Origin: Oculina patagonica
Taxonomy: Eukaryota
Assembly: GCF_052425735.1 (NCBI RefSeq)
Contig: NC_135763.1
Location: 19,716,001 to 19,780,000 of the forward strand
Reading direction: 5' to 3'
Length of the DNA: 64,000 bases
A program made the position numbers and the translations under genes. This document shows positions 1 through 14,019 of this stretch, piece after piece. The stretch's first letter is position 1. Every line of letters begins with the position of its first letter. The notes beneath the pieces were generated by a model, which was given only the letters and a program-made list of their open reading frames with translations, made no database searches and was not told the origin of the DNA.

Positions 1-199
1 ACAAATACAGAGCCAACACAAGAAGTATAGGTTTCCATGCAGGTTTTCTTTAGTTTCAAGCCATGGAATACAAGAGCTCAAGTCTGTCGCTGTAAATAAA
101 AATACGCCAAAATATGTCAAAACGATGATTGAAGAAGCTGGTATCAGTCTGTATCAGTTCCGCCATCTTGAAAATCTCGCCACTAAAATCCTAAAACAA

Positions 200-480
200 T
201 GGCACCGGAGGAACAACTTGACAAGATCAGTTCTAACCTGAGGTCAAAAAAGGACGGAGATTATTACGAGCCGGAAGCCCGGAATCCCTTTTAAATCATG
301 TAGAGTGCCATAAAACGGCATTTGACGGAGAAAACCCATCCACTACTGACCTGATCGAGACCTGAGCATCGTGCGATCGAGAGAGTTTCACAACTCACAA
401 GAAATCCTCAACACGATTAGGTTGCACCATTTTCTTCTCCAAAGACAACGATAAGTCTCAACCACAACCACAGAAGAAAC
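200..480 (+). pseudogene. Degenerate Crypton-type (DUF3504-like) tyrosine recombinase fragment
   Basis: Frameshifted translation gives EQLDKI..EVK/KDGDYYEPE (~210-276) and SIVRSREFHNSQEILN (365-412). These are homologous to ELDANLRLFYAEARTKDGGNYSRS..IATDPAFQQSNQML in the element at 51.2-53.5 kb. It points toward the terminal hairpin at 741-894. Confidence 0.65.
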
Positions 481-740
481 AATGGGGTTACATCATTGAG
501 TCAGCTGACGAGGATTGAACGTTGAAGTACATAAAAGTGTTTTTGTTCTAGCTTGAGAACTGCACGAGTTTCCTTCACTGAAAGATGTTTTTCCTTCGTT
601 ACGCTCGACTGAGTTTTTGACATGACGTCTATCTGTTTTAAAATGAGATGTAAAGCGTTTCCGGTTCCGCTTTCTTACCAATCGGCTACTGGATATTGGT
701 ACTGACTAAAATCTAAATTGTGCGATTTCAAAATAGATGT

Positions 741-894
741 AATAAAGTGGTAATTGAACTTCGTGTCGTGCAATTTTGGTCTGAAATCATACTTGTGATT
801 TCAAATCAAACTCGCGCTACGCGCTCGTTTGATTTTGAAATCACGCGTATGATTTCAGACCAAATTGCACTCCACTCAGTTCAATTACCATTAT
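741..894 (-). mobile_element. Long imperfect palindrome (GA-mismatch hairpin 1), probable Crypton terminus
   Basis: Arms GGTAATTGAAC..TCAAA and TTTGA..GTTCAATTACC. Minus-strand apex CGAG-CGC-GTA-GCG-CGAG (811-827), with two further tandem GA mismatches (TGAG/CGAA, GGAG/CGAC). Confidence 0.8.
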
Positions 895-896
895 AT

Positions 897-2350
897 ATTA
901 GCTCCGCGCTCTCAAATGACGCTTTAAGATTTCTTTTTATTTTAACTTACCCTTTCCATCTCAAATGACGTTTTAAGATTACATGTTATATAAGCCTTGC
1001 GATAACTAATGACGTCTAAAGGTTACATGTTATATAAGCCTTGCGCTCACAAATGACGTCTAAAAGTTACTTGTTATATTTTTCTTGCGCTCACAAATGA
1101 CGTCTAATGGTTACTTGTTTTATCAGCCTTGCGCTCACAAATGACGTTTTAAGATACTTGTTATGTTAGCCTTGCGCTCACAAATGACGTCTAAAGGTTA
1201 CTTGTTATATAAGCCTTGCGCTCACAAATGACGTTTGAAGGTAACTTATTTTATCAGCCTTTCTCTCACAAATGACGTTTTAAGATTACTTGTTATATAA
1301 GCTTTGCGCTCACAAATGATGTTGAAAGGTTACTTGTTATATTAGCCTTGCACTAACAAATGACGTTTAAAGGTTATTTGTTATATTAGCCTTGCGCTAA
1401 TAAATGGCGTTTAAAGGTTACTTGTTATATTAGCCTTGCGCTCATAAATGATGTTTTAAGATTACCTGTTATATTTGCCTTGCGCTCACAAATGACGTTT
1501 TAAGGTTACTTGTTATATTAGCCTTGCGCTCAAAAATGATGTTTAAATTAAAGGTTACTTGTTATACTTGTATTTGCCTTGCGCTCACAAACGACGTTTA
1601 AAGGTTACTTGTTATATAAGAATTGCGCTTAAATAATGAAATAACGTTTAATGGATACTTTTTATATTAGCCTTGCGCTCACAAATGACGTTTTAAGATT
1701 AGTTGTTATATTGGCCTTGTGCTCACAAATGACCCCTTAAGATTACTTGTGATGTAAGGCTTGCGCACTGCAATGACGTTTGATGTTTTTTTATGTTATA
1801 TAAGAATTGCGCACACAAATGACGTTTTAAAGTGACTTGTTATTTAAGCCTTGCGCTCACAAATGACGTTTAAAGGTTGCTTGTTATATGAATTGCGCTC
1901 CAAATTGCCGTTTTAAGATTACTTAAAAGTGCGAAATTATAGGAGTGTTTAAGTGCACAATTTAAGAAAAGTTTCAGCAAGATACGTATAAACAATAGGC
2001 ATATTTACAGAAGGCATTTGAAGGCAAATTTTTAAAGGTTTTACAAAGAAGACTTGGCTCAGCTACTGATAATGATCCGCTTGTTATATACGCCTTGCGC
2101 TCACAAATGATGTTGAAAGGTTACTTGTTATATTAGACTTGCGCTCACCGATGACGTGTAAAGATTACTTGTTATATTAGACTTGCGCTCACCGATGACG
2201 TGTAAAGGTTACTTGTTATATTAGCCTTGTGCTAACAAATGATGTTTTAAGATTACTTGTCAAAGAAGCCTTGCGCTCACAGATGACGTTTAAAGGTTAC
2301 TTGTTATCATTCTTGCGATCACAAATGACGTTTTAAGATCACTTGTTTAT
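897..2350. repeat. 44-bp satellite array (copy 1)
   Basis: Monomer ~ATGACGTTTAAAGGTTACTTGTTATATTAGCCTTGCGCTCACAA; ATGACGT recurs at 1184 and 1228 (period 44). Confidence 0.95.
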
Positions 2351-3129
2351 GCGCCTTACTTGATTTATCAACTGAGACGCAATACAAGTTGACTTACTCA
2401 TTTAAATTCTTACTACAGAATAAACGAGACATTCAGGACATTCTTTTAACAAATGACAACGACTGTTATTCTGGTTGAAATGTTGCGTCATTTTTTTTCT
2501 GAAAACAGCGACAAATGCATGAAATATATCATTTAATTATGTCAGATGCATTGTATGTAAAAAGTGAATTTTACTGTACTAAAACTGCAGTTAGTTATGA
2601 ACTGTTTCTAACATTCTTTGTTTTTTTGTTATAACAAACATGGTAATGAGAATCACGAAGCAAACAAGATTGTCCTGTCTGGAAATGGAATCATGGTTTT
2701 TAGTCTCTGGTATGTTGAACCTTTTAGGATGTATTTGTTGTCATTACCAGCTTAGTTGTTGTATCTTTTCATGTCAACTTACTAAATTGCGGACGTTTAT
2801 ATTTCAGTAACTCAAATGAGGATAACAGTGATGTAACATTCACAAACATAAGAGTCATATCATATTATATTATATCATTTCAATGAATGCATCCATGATA
2901 ATTAAATTGGAAATTCTTTAAATTTTGTTTAACTTACAGGTGTTTTCAAGGTGCAGTGGTTGTAAGATGTAAGAGCAAGGTGCAACATATTTAAGATGTC
3001 TTTTTAATCTTTCAATCATCTTAACATTTGCAGGTAGGAGTCATTGTCATTTGTTAACAGCAATATAATTATTCAGAGAATGGCTTTATTTTTGTATTAA
3101 GAATAATGATGGTGTCCTTATACATTGTT

Positions 3130-4800
3130 GGCACAGCAGCTCAGTGAAATAGTAGGGTTAGGTGCTTTTGCTGTTCCTGGTTCACGCAACACTCTTCCTG
3201 GATATTTGGTAAGGCCACAGAAGGTGTTCTTTTGCTGCGTTTTAAAAGCTCGATGATTATTTTATGTTTATATGAAAACCAGACTTGGTTTATAAAAGCA
3301 ACACGAGAGTAGATGAGAGTCCAAAATTACTGGTGAGTAGTATCCCATGCAAAGGGTTTGTGTACACCTGTTTTAGCCAAATTTTACCGTTCTGTTGACC
3401 CGTTCAAGTGAATGTTCGTCAAACACCGTTAAGATAGCAAGGTTTCTCTAGGCAATTTTGATTTTCGTCGGAGTTCTCATTTTCGTTGGTATTTCACGCG
3501 ACTACTTAATTCGTCAACTGACCAGCAGTACAAGTCGATCCTCGCATTGTCCTTGTTTTTTTAGTTGTAAGCACAGCAGGTCAGTCAATTAGGATTAGGT
3601 GGATTGGCTCTTCCTCGTTCATGCAATACTTTTCATGTGGATATTTGGTAAAATCACCAAAGGTTTTCTTCGGCTGCGTTTTTGGGCTCGATGATTATAT
3701 TCCTTTATTTGAAACCCACGTGGTTTACAAGAGAGTCGATTAGAGTCCAAAATTCCTGATCACCAGTATCCCATTCAAGGGTTTGCGTGCACTTGTGGAA
3801 TCTAAACTTTCCACCGGCTTGTTAACCGCTTCAGGTAATTGTTCTCAAGTTTCTTCTAGGCCATTTTAATTTTCGTCCGAGTTCTTATTTCGTTGGTATT
3901 TCAAGCGATTACCTGATTCGTTAACTGACCTACATTACACGTTGACATTCGCAATCTCCTGTTTTTTTTTTCAGTCGTAAGCACGGCAGGTCAGTGAAAT
4001 AGGGTTAGGTGGTTTGGCTCTTCCTGGTCCATGCAACACTCTTCATGTAGATATTTGGTAAAATCACCGAAGGTGTTCTTCGGCTGCGTTTTTTGGGCTC
4101 GATGATTATATTCATTTGTTAAAAAAACCGCTTGGTTTAAGAGAGAGTCGATGAGAGTCCAAAATTCCTGATCATCAGTATCCCATGCAAGGGTTTGCGT
4201 GCACTTGTGGAATCTAAACTTTCCACCGGCTTGTTAACCGCTTCAGGTAATTGTTCTCAAGTTCCTTAAAGAAAACAAGTTTCTTCAAGGCCATTTTAAT
4301 TTCTGTCCAAGTTCTTTTTTCGTTGGTATTTCACGCGATTACTTGATTCGTCAACTGACCTGCATTACACGTTGATGTTCGCATTCTCCTTTTTTTTTAG
4401 TTGTTAGCACGGCAGGTCACTGAAATAAGGTTAGGTGGTTTGGCTCTTCCTGGTCCATGCAACACTCTTCATGTAGATATTTGGTAAAATCACCGAAGGT
4501 TTTCTTCGGCTGCGTTTTTTGGGCTTGATGATTATATTTCTTTATTTGAAAACCGCTTGGTTTACAAGAGAGTCGATGAGAGTCCAAAATTCCTGATCAC
4601 CAGTATCCCATGCAAGGGTTTGTGTGCACTTGTGTGATCCAAACTTTCCAGTCATGTTAACCGCTTCAGGTAAAAGTTCTCAAGTTCGTTAAAGATAACA
4701 AGTTTTCTCTGGGCCATTTTAATTTTCGGATGACATCTCTTTTCCTTTGGTATTTTACCCGATTACTTGATTTGTCAACTGACCGGCATTAAAAGTCAAT
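3130..4800. repeat. ~410-440-bp tandem repeat, about 4 units (further units at ~10045, 10482, 10912, 12365)
   Basis: Units start with GCACRGCAGGTCAGTGAAATAGGGTTAGGTGG-like sequence at ~3130, 3570, 3980 and 4406. Confidence 0.9.
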
Positions 4801-6163
4801 CTTCGTCTTTTAAAATCTTATTAAGGAAGAAACGAGACATTCAAGACGTTCTTTAGTATTGTTTAATAAATGACAACGACTCTTATTCTGGTTGAATTGT
4901 TGCGTCATTTTTGTTTGGAAAACAGCAACAAAAGCATGAAATATATCAATTAATTATGTCAGATACATTCTATGTAAATTAGACAATTTTTATGACAAGC
5001 TTTAGTAGGAAGTGAATTTTACTATACCAAGACTGTAGCTAGCTATGAACTGTTTTTTAACAGTCTTTGTTTTTGTGTTATAACAAACATGGCAATGAGA
5101 ATCACGAGGCAAACAAGATTGTCCCGTCTGGAAATGGAGTCATGGTATTAAATCTCCGGTATGTTGAATCTTCCAATATGAATTTGTTGTCTTTACCAGC
5201 TTCTTTGTTGTATCTTTTCATGTCAACTTTCTAAATTACTGACAGTTTGTATTTCAGTAACTTAGAATGAGGTTAACAGTGACCATCTCTGGTATGTTGG
5301 ACTTTACAAGATGAATTAAGTAGTATTTGTTGTCATTACTAGCTTCATTGTCGTATCTGTTCATGTCTTGATTACATGTATTGACAGTTTGTATTTCAGT
5401 ACAAGAAGGTTAACAGTTATGACATCACGAGTTTTTACATTTACAAACATGTATAGATGATAATTTTTAAAATTCTCTTCAATCTTGTTTGACTTAAGGT
5501 TTTTGCCTGTTGCGTAATGGAAAGCGAAGTTTGCGGCTTCCCCGAGATACTTCTTTAACTCTCTAATGACGTTTAAATTTGCAGGCAAGAGTCATTGTCA
5601 TGTGTTAACAATAACTTGAATTATTCACTGAACGGCTCTATTGCTATTCAGAATTATGACGCTCTGCTTTCACAAATGACTTTATAGCTAATTTATTACA
5701 GTTTTCGAGCGATAAGAAATGACGATTATTAACCTAATTTTCACAGTTGTTATGTGCTCAATAATAGCGTAATTTGGCTCAATTCTTAAAAGTGACGTTC
5801 CTCCAGAAATGAAGTTTTTAGCATACTTGTCACAGTTGCTGTTCGCTTAAACATGACGTTTGCAGCTTTCTTGTTATAGTTGCTGCGTACTCAAGGGAGA
5901 CGTTTGTTTTTTCTTTTTTTCAGTTACCGTGCCCTTACTAATGACCTTTTTAGCTTACATATTGTCTGCGTTGCTGTCACATATAATGCTTTTAGGTTAC
6001 TCTCCACAGTTGCCGTGCGCTTGCAAACGAGGATTTTAACTGATAATATTTCCTGTGCACTCACAAAGGACGTTTTTAGTTTACTCTTCACAGTGTTCGT
6101 GCATTCACAAATTTCGTTCGCAAAAGACCTTCGAAGCTTACTTGTCATATTTGCCGCGGGCTT

Positions 6164-6372
6164 ACAAATGACGTTTTTTTGCGTTCGCAAATGGCCTTAA
6201 GGTTACTTGTTTTATTTGCCGTGCGCTCACAAATGACGTTTTTTTGCGTTCGCAAATGGCCTTAAGGTTACTTGTTTTATTTGCCGCGCGCTTACAAATG
6301 ACGTTTTTTTGCGTTCGCAAATGGCCTTAAGGTTACTTGTTTTATTTGCCGTGCGCTCACAAATGACGTTTT
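6164..6372. repeat. 65-bp tandem triplication derived from the satellite
   Basis: ACAAATGACGTTTTTTTGCGTTCGCAAATGGCCTTAAGGTTACTTG repeated three times at ~65-bp spacing. Confidence 0.9.
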
Positions 6373-6404
6373 TCAAAAAAACACTTTTCTAACCTACTTG
6401 TTGT

Positions 6405-6685
6405 TGTCGATATGCGCTCACAAATTACGCTTTTGGCGTACTTTTTAAAATTGCTGCGCGCTTACAAAGATTTCTGGCTTTCTTTTTACTGTCGATATGC
6501 GCTCACAAATTACGCTTTTGGCGTACTTTTTAAAATTGCTGCGCGCTTACAAAGATTTCTGGCTTTCTTTTTACTGTCGATATGCGCTCACAAATTACGC
6601 TTTTGGCGTACTTTTTAAAATTGCTGCGCGCTTACAAAGATTTCTGGCTTTCTTTTTACTGTCGATATGCGCTCACAAATAACGT
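6405..6685. repeat. 85-bp tandem triplication (satellite dimer)
   Basis: Identical ORF starts at 6412, 6497 and 6582 (period 85). Confidence 0.9.
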
Positions 6686-6919
6686 TTTTCAATCATATAT
6701 TAATGCAAACGCTCAAATTAGTTTTTACCATATTTTAACATTGCGTAATAAAAAAACTGACGGTTTAGCAAATTGCCGTGCCCTCATAAGTGACACTTTT
6801 TAGACCACTTGTTATTGTTATTTGCTGTGCTCGCAAATGTTTTTAGCGTACTTGTTACAGTATCTGTGGGCTTTTAAACATACTTTTGAAAATTTAAGGT
6901 GGCTCTGAAACCGCTTCTG

Positions 6920-9260
6920 CAAATGACGTTTTAAGATTACTTCTGAAATTAGCCTTGCGCTCACAAATGACGTTTTGAGGTAACTGGTTATATTAGCCTT
7001 GCGCTCACAAATGACGTTTTGAGGTAACTGGTTATATTAGCCTTGCGGTCACACATGACGTTTTAAGGTTACTTGTTATATCAGCCTTGCACTCGCAAAT
7101 AACGTTTTAAGGTTACTTGTTATATTAGCCTTGAGCTCACAAATGACGTTCAAAAGGTTATTTTTTTGTTTTATTAGCCTTTTGCTAACAAAAGACGTTT
7201 CAAGGTTACTTGTTAACTTACTCTTTCCATCTCAAATGACGTTTTAAGATTACATGTTATATAAGCCTTGCGCTTACCAATGACGTCTAAAGGTTACTTG
7301 TTATATTTGCCTTGCGCTCACAAATGACGTCTAACGGTTACTTGTTTTATCAGCCTTGGGCTCACAAATGACGTTTTAAGATACTTGTTATGTTAGCCTT
7401 GCGCTCACAAATGACGTCTAAAGGTTACTTGTTATATAAGCCTTGCGCTCACAAATGACGTTTGAAGGTAACTTATTTTATCAGCCTTTCTCTCACAAAT
7501 GACGTTTAAAGGTTACTTGTTATATTAGCCTTGCGCTAATAAATGGCGTTTAAAGGTTACTTGTTATATTAGCCTTGCGCTCATAAATAATGTTTTAAGA
7601 TTACCTTTTATATTTGCCTTGCGCTCACAAATGACGTTTTAAGGTAACTTGTTATATTAGCTTGCGCACTCAAATGACGCTTTAAGATTTCTTTTTATTT
7701 TAACTTACCCTTTCCATCTCAAATGACGTTTTAAGATTACATGTTATATAAGCCTTGCGCTTACCAATGACGTCTAAAGGTTACTTGTTATATTAGCCTT
7801 GCGCTCACAAATGACGTCTAAAAGTTACTTGTTATATTTGCCTTGCGCTCACAAATGACGTCCTACGGTTACTTGTTTTATCAGCCTTGCGCTCACAAAT
7901 GACGGTTTAAGATACTTGTTATGTTAGCCTTGCGCTCACAAATGACGTCTAAAGGTTACTTGTTATATAAGCCTTGCGCTAACAAATGACGTTTGAAGGT
8001 AACTTATTTTATCAGCCTTTCTCTCACAAATGACGTTTTAAGATTACTTGTTTTATAAGCTTTGCGCTCACGCACAAATGTATTGAAAGGTTACTTGTTA
8101 TATTAGCCTTGCACTCACAAATGACGTTTAGAGGTTACTTGTTATATTAGCCTTGCGCTAATAAATGGCGTTTAAAGGTTACTTGTTATATTAGCCTTGC
8201 GCTAATAAATGGCGTTTAAAGGTTACTTGTTATATTAGCCTTGCGCTCATAAATAATGTTTTAAGGTTACCTGTTATATTTGCCTTGCGCTCACAAATGA
8301 CGTTTTAAGGTTACTTGTTATATTAGCCTTGCGCTCAAAAATGATGTTTAAATTAAAGGTTACTTGTTATACTTGTATTTGCCTTGCGCTCACAAACGAC
8401 GTTTAAAGATTACTTGTTATATTTGCCTTGCGCTCACAAATTACGTTTTAAGGATACTTGTTATATAAGAATTGCGCTTAAATAATGAAATAATGTTTAA
8501 TGGATACTTGTTATATTAGCCTTGCGCTCACAAATGACGTTTTAAGATTAGTTGTTATATTGGACTTGTGCTCACAAATGACCCTTTAAGATTACTTGTG
8601 ATGTAAGGCTTGCGCACTGCAATGACGTTTGAAGTTTTTTTTATGTTATATAAGAATTGCGCACACAAATGACGTTTTAAAGTGACTTGTTATTGAAGCC
8701 TTGCGTTCACAAGTGACGTTTAAAGGTTGATTGTTATATGAATTGCGCTCCAAAATGCCGTTTTAAGATTACTTAAAAGTGCATATTTACAGAAGGCATT
8801 TGTAGGTAAATTTTTAAAGGTTTTACAAAGAAGACTTGGCTCAGCTACTGATAATGATCCGCTTGTTATATATGCCTTGCTCTCACAAATGATGTTGAAA
8901 GGTTACTTGTTATATACGTCTTGCTCTCACAAATGATGTTGAAAGGTTACTTGTTATATACGTCTTGCTCTCACAAATGATGTTGAAAGGTTACTTGTTA
9001 TATACGCCTTGCTCTCACAAATGATGTTGAAAGGTTACTTGTTATATTAGACTTGCGCTCACCGATGACGTGTAAAGATTACTTGTTATATTAGACTTGC
9101 GCTCACCGATGACGTGTAAAGGTTACTTGTTATATCAGACTTGTGCTAACAAATGATGTTTTAAGATTACTTGTCATAGAAGCCTTGCGCTCACAGATGA
9201 CGTTTAAAGGTTACTTGTTATCATTCTTGCGATCACAAATGACGTTTTAAGATCACTTGT
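6920..9260. repeat. 44-bp satellite array (copy 2)
   Basis: Same monomer as 897-2350. From ~7657 the order of variant monomers parallels copy 1. Confidence 0.95.
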
Positions 9261-11770
9261 TTATGCGCCTTACTTGATTTATCAACTGAGACGCAATATA
9301 AGTTGACTTACTCATTTAAATTCTTACTACAGAATAAACGAGACATTCAGGACATTCTTTTAACAAATGACAACGACTGTTCTTCTGGTTGAATGTTGCG
9401 TCATTTTTTCTCTGAAAACAGCGACAAATGCATGAAATATATCATTTAATTATGTCAGATGCATTGTATGTAAAAAGTGAATTTTACTGTACTAAAACTG
9501 TAGTTAGTTATGAACTGTTTCTAACATTCTTTGTTTTTGTGTTATAACTTTGATGGTAATGAGAATCACTAAGCAAACAAGATTTTCCTGTCTGGAAATG
9601 GAGTCATGGTTTTTAATCTCTGGTATGTTGAACCTTTTACGATGTATTTGTTGTCATTGCCAGCTAAGTTGTTGTATCTTTTCATGTCAACTTACTAAAT
9701 TGCGGACGTTTGTATTTCAGTAACTCACAATGAGGCTAACAGTAATGACACCAATAGTTTTAACATTTACAAACATTAGAGTCACATCATATTATATTAT
9801 TTCAATGAATGCATCCATGATAATTAAATTGGAAATTCTTTAATTTTGTTTAACTTAAAGGTGTTTTCGAGGTGGTTGTAAAATGGAAGAGCAAAGTGCA
9901 ACTTTTTTAGATGTCTTTTTAATCTTCCAATCATCTTAACATTTGCAGGTAGGAGTCATTGTCATTTGTTAACAGCAACATAATTATTTAGAGAATGGCT
10001 TTATTTTTGTATTAAGAATAATGATGGTGTCCTTATACATTGTTGGCACAGCAGCTCCGTGAAATAGTAGGGTAGGTGATTTGGCTGTTTCTGGTTCACG
10101 CAATACTCTTCCTTGATATTTAGTAAGACCACAGAAGGTGTTCTTCTGCTGCGTTTTCTGGGCTGGATGATTATTTTATGTTTATATGAAAAACAGACTT
10201 GGTTTAAAAAAACAACACGAGAGTAGATGAGAGTCCAAAATTCCTGATGACTACTATCCCATGCAAAGGTTTGTGTGCACCTGTTTTAGCTAAATTTTAC
10301 GGCCCTGTTGACCCCTTCAAGTGAATGTTCGTCAATCACCGTAAAGATAGCAAGGTTTCTCTAGGCAATTTTGATTTTCGTCGGAGTTCTCATTTTCGTT
10401 GGTATTTCACGCGATTACTTAATTCGTCAACTGACCAGCAGTACAAGTCGATCCTCGCATTGTCCTTGTTTTTTTAGTTGTAAGCACAGCAGGTCAGTGA
10501 AATAGGGTTAGGTGGTTTGGCTCTTCCTCGTTCATGCAATACTTTTCATGTGGATATTTGGTAAAATCACCGAAGGTTTTCTTCGGCTGCGTTTTTTGGG
10601 CTCGATGATTATATTCCTTTATTTGAAACCCAAGTGGTTTACAAGAGAGTCGATGAGAGTCCAAAATTCCTGATCACCAGTATCCCATGCAAGGGTTTGC
10701 GTGCACCTGTGGAGTCTAAACTTTCCACCGGCTTGTTAACCGCTTCACGTAATTGTTCTCAAGTTCCTAAAAGAAAACAAGTTTTTCTAGGCGATTTTAA
10801 TATCCGTCCGAGTTTTCATTTTCGTTGTTATTTCACCCGATTACTTATTCGTCAGCTGACCAGCATTACACGTTGACATTGGCATTCTCCTTGTTGTTTT
10901 TTTTTAGTCGTAAGCACAACAGGTCAGTGAAATAGGATTAGGTGGTTTGGCTCTTCCTCGTTCATGCAATACTTTTCATGTGGATATTTGGTAAAATCAC
11001 CGAAGGTTCTCTTCGGCTGCGTTTTTTGGGCTCGATGATTATATTCATTTATTTGAAAACCGCTTGGTTTACAAGAGAGTCGATGAGAGTCCAAAATTCC
11101 TGATAACCAGTATCCCATGCAAGGGTTTGTGTGCACTTGTGTGATCCAAACTTTCCACTTATGTTAACCGCTTCAGGTGAAAGTTCTCAAGTTCGTTAAA
11201 GATAACAAGTTTTCTCTGGGCCATTTTAATTTTCGAATGACTTCCTTTGGTATTTTACCCGATTACTTGATTTGTCAACTGACCGGCATTAAAAGTTGAT
11301 CTTCGTCTTTTTAAATCTTATTAAGGAAGAAACGAGACATTCAAGACGTTCTTTAGTATTGTTTAATAAATGACAACGACTCTTATTCTGGTTGAATTGT
11401 TGCGTCATTTTTTTTTGGAAAACAGCAACAAAAGTATGAAATATATCAATTAATTATGTCAGATACATTCCATGTAAAGTAGACAATTTTTATGAAAAGC
11501 TTTAGTAGGAAGTGAATTTTACTGTACCAAGACTGTAGCTAGCTATGAACTGTTTCTAACAGTCTTTGTTTTTGTGTTATAACAAACATCGCAATGAGAA
11601 TCACGAAGCAAACAAGATTGTCCCGTCTGGAAATGGAGTCATGGTTTTGAATCTGTGGTATGTTGAATCTTCCAAGATGAATTTGTTGTCACTACCAGCT
11701 TATTTGTTGTATCTTTTCATGTCAACTTGTCAAATGCTGACAATTTGTATTTTCAGTTACTTGCAATGAG
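7657..11770 (+). repeat. Segmental duplicate of ~897-5280
   Basis: Collinear matches, e.g. CAAATGACGCTTTAAGATTTCTTTTTATTTTAACTTACC at ~913 and ~7671, and CAACTGAGACGCAATA at ~2369 and ~9283. A third diverged partial copy spans ~11780-13460. Confidence 0.9.
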
Positions 11771-11800
11771 GTTAGGAACATTAAAGTCACATCATATTAA

Positions 11801-12083
11801 AGGGACATGGTCAGCGTTCTTACCGTGCTGACCTGGACACTAGTTTTCACGTTTTGAAAAAAGTCCACCATGGACTTTTTTCTATACGAACCTTCAGAAA
11901 TCTGCTTCGATCTTCTCAGTGTTTCACTAAATGGGGAAATTCAGAAAAAAAAAACTGAGAAGATTGAAGCAGATTTCTGAAGGTTCTCTACGCGTATTTT
12001 TGATTTCGGGTTAAGGTGGACTTTTTTCAAAACGTGAAAACTAGTGTCCAGGTCAGCGCGATCTGAACGCTGACCATGTCCCT
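11801..12083. mobile_element. Foldback MITE with TTAA target duplication (Kolobok-like)
   Basis: TTAA|AGGGACATGGTCAGCGTTC ... GAACGCTGACCATGTCCCT|TTAA. The paralogous site at ~9781 lacks the insertion. Confidence 0.85.
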
Positions 12084-13026
12084 TTAAATTATTTCAACAA
12101 ATGTATCCATAATAATTAAATTGGAAATTCTTTTAATTTTCTTTGAATTAAAGGTGTTTACCGGGTGCAGGATGGAAGAGCAAGGTGCAACCTTTTTTAG
12201 GTGTCTTTTTAATTATTCCAATCATCTTAACAATAATTTTGCAGGTGGGTGTCATTATAATTTGTTAGCAGCAACATAATTTTTCACGGAATGACTTTAT
12301 TTTGGTATTATGATGGTGTCCTTATACATTGTTAGCATTGTCCTTGTGGTTTTACTAATCGTTGGCAAAGCAGTTCAGTGAAATAGGGTTAGGTGGTTTG
12401 GCTGTTCCTGGTTCATGCAACATTCTTCCTGGATTTTTGGTTAAAACACTGTAGGTTTTTTTTTCGGTTGCGTTTTTGGGCTCAATGATTAGATTCGGTT
12501 ATTTATAAACCACTTGGTTTACACGAGAGTCGATGAGAGTCCAAAATTCCTGATTACCAGTATCCAATGCAAGGGTTTTGTGCGCACTTGTGTGATTTCA
12601 AATTTGCGTCATTTTTTTCTGAAAACAGCCACAGAAGCGTAATATATATCAGTTAATTATATCAGATACATTCCATGTAAAGTAGATGAATTTTTATGAC
12701 AAGCTCTAGTAGAAAGTGAATTTTACTGTTACAAAACTGTAGTTAGTTATGAACTGTTTCTAACAGTCTTTGTTTTTGTGTTATAATAAACACGGCAATG
12801 AGAATTTCGAAGCAGACAAGATTGTCCCGTCTGGAAATGGAGTCATGGTCTTAAATCTCTGGTATGTTGGACCTTCCTGGGTGAAATTATTAGTACTTGT
12901 TGTTATAACTTGCTTCATTATTGCCTCTCTTTATCTCTTAATTACATGTATTGACAGTTTGTATTTCGGTACAATGAGGTTAACAGTGATGATATAAAGA
13001 ATTGTAACATTTACAAACATGTATTC

Positions 13027-13054
13027 ATAATTATTATTACTATTATTATTATTA

Positions 13055-13110
<56 letters not shown>
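13027..13110. repeat. (ATT)n microsatellite
   Basis: Direct reading; it produces the poly-Ile ORF 13011-13235. Confidence 0.95.
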
Positions 13111-13471
13111 TTAATTTTGTTTGATTTAAAGGTGTTTGCCTGTTGCATTGTGGAAAGCAACGGTTGCAGATTCCCTGAGATGCCTTTTATAAGTCTCGAA
13201 TGTCGTTTAAATTTGCAGGCAGGAAATGTTATCATATGTTAACAGCACATTTTGATTATTCATTGAACGGCTTTTTTTGGTTCTTCAGAATTATGATGCT
13301 CTGCGTTCGTAACTTTTTCAGCTAATTTGTTACAGTTTTCGTGTGCTAAGAAATGACGATTTTTAACCTAATTGTTACAATTGGTATTGATTAAAATTGT
13401 CGTGCGCTTAAGGGAGACGTTTTTTCAGTTACCGTGCCATTGAAAATGACGTTTTAAGGTTACATGTTATA

Positions 13472-14017
13472 CCTTATTACATGAAATTTCCGCGACACGT
13501 TAATTTCGCGAATTTCTCGATTCCAAAAAAATCGCGAAATTCAAGTGACGCGAACAATAAGAATCGCGAACATAGCATGACGGGAAAATTAAGTGACTCA
13601 CATTATGTCAATAATCAAGATAGAATAAGTTTAGTACCCCTGAAGGAAGGAATTATCAATTTAAGTGGATGTTGTCGTCAATTGACTCAAGAACAATAAC
13701 GCATGCATGTACAAGCATAACCTACTTGTAGACATTGTAAGAACTGCTCTGCTGTTGCTTTTGCCGAGATTTAGCCCCGCCCTTGCGTTTTTGTTAATTT
13801 TGACGTTATTTTTCCTTTGAATAAATCGTTTTATTCAATTCAATGGAATGTTAAATAATATTGCCAAGGAAATGTAAACTGTGTCTTACTCAAAAACGCG
13901 AAATTAAAGTGATTCAAAACACAAAATTTTCGCAAAATCGCGAAGTTTAAGTGTCGCGAAATATGCCAACCTCAAAATCGCGAAATTAACATGTTGCGAA
14001 AATTTGATGTAATAAGG
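13472..14017. mobile_element. MITE with TA target duplication (Tc1/mariner-like) inserted in a satellite monomer
   Basis: TA|CCTTATTACATGAAATTT ... AAATTTGATGTAATAAGG|TA. Removing it restores GTTATATTTGCCTTGC of the satellite. Confidence 0.85.
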
Positions 14018-14019
14018 TA

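Noticed and set aside
720-968. ORF MRFQNRCNKVVIELRVVQFWSEII
   Set aside because: Read-through of the non-coding palindrome into the satellite.
13011-13235. Poly-Ile membrane protein
   Set aside because: Translation of an (ATT)n microsatellite.
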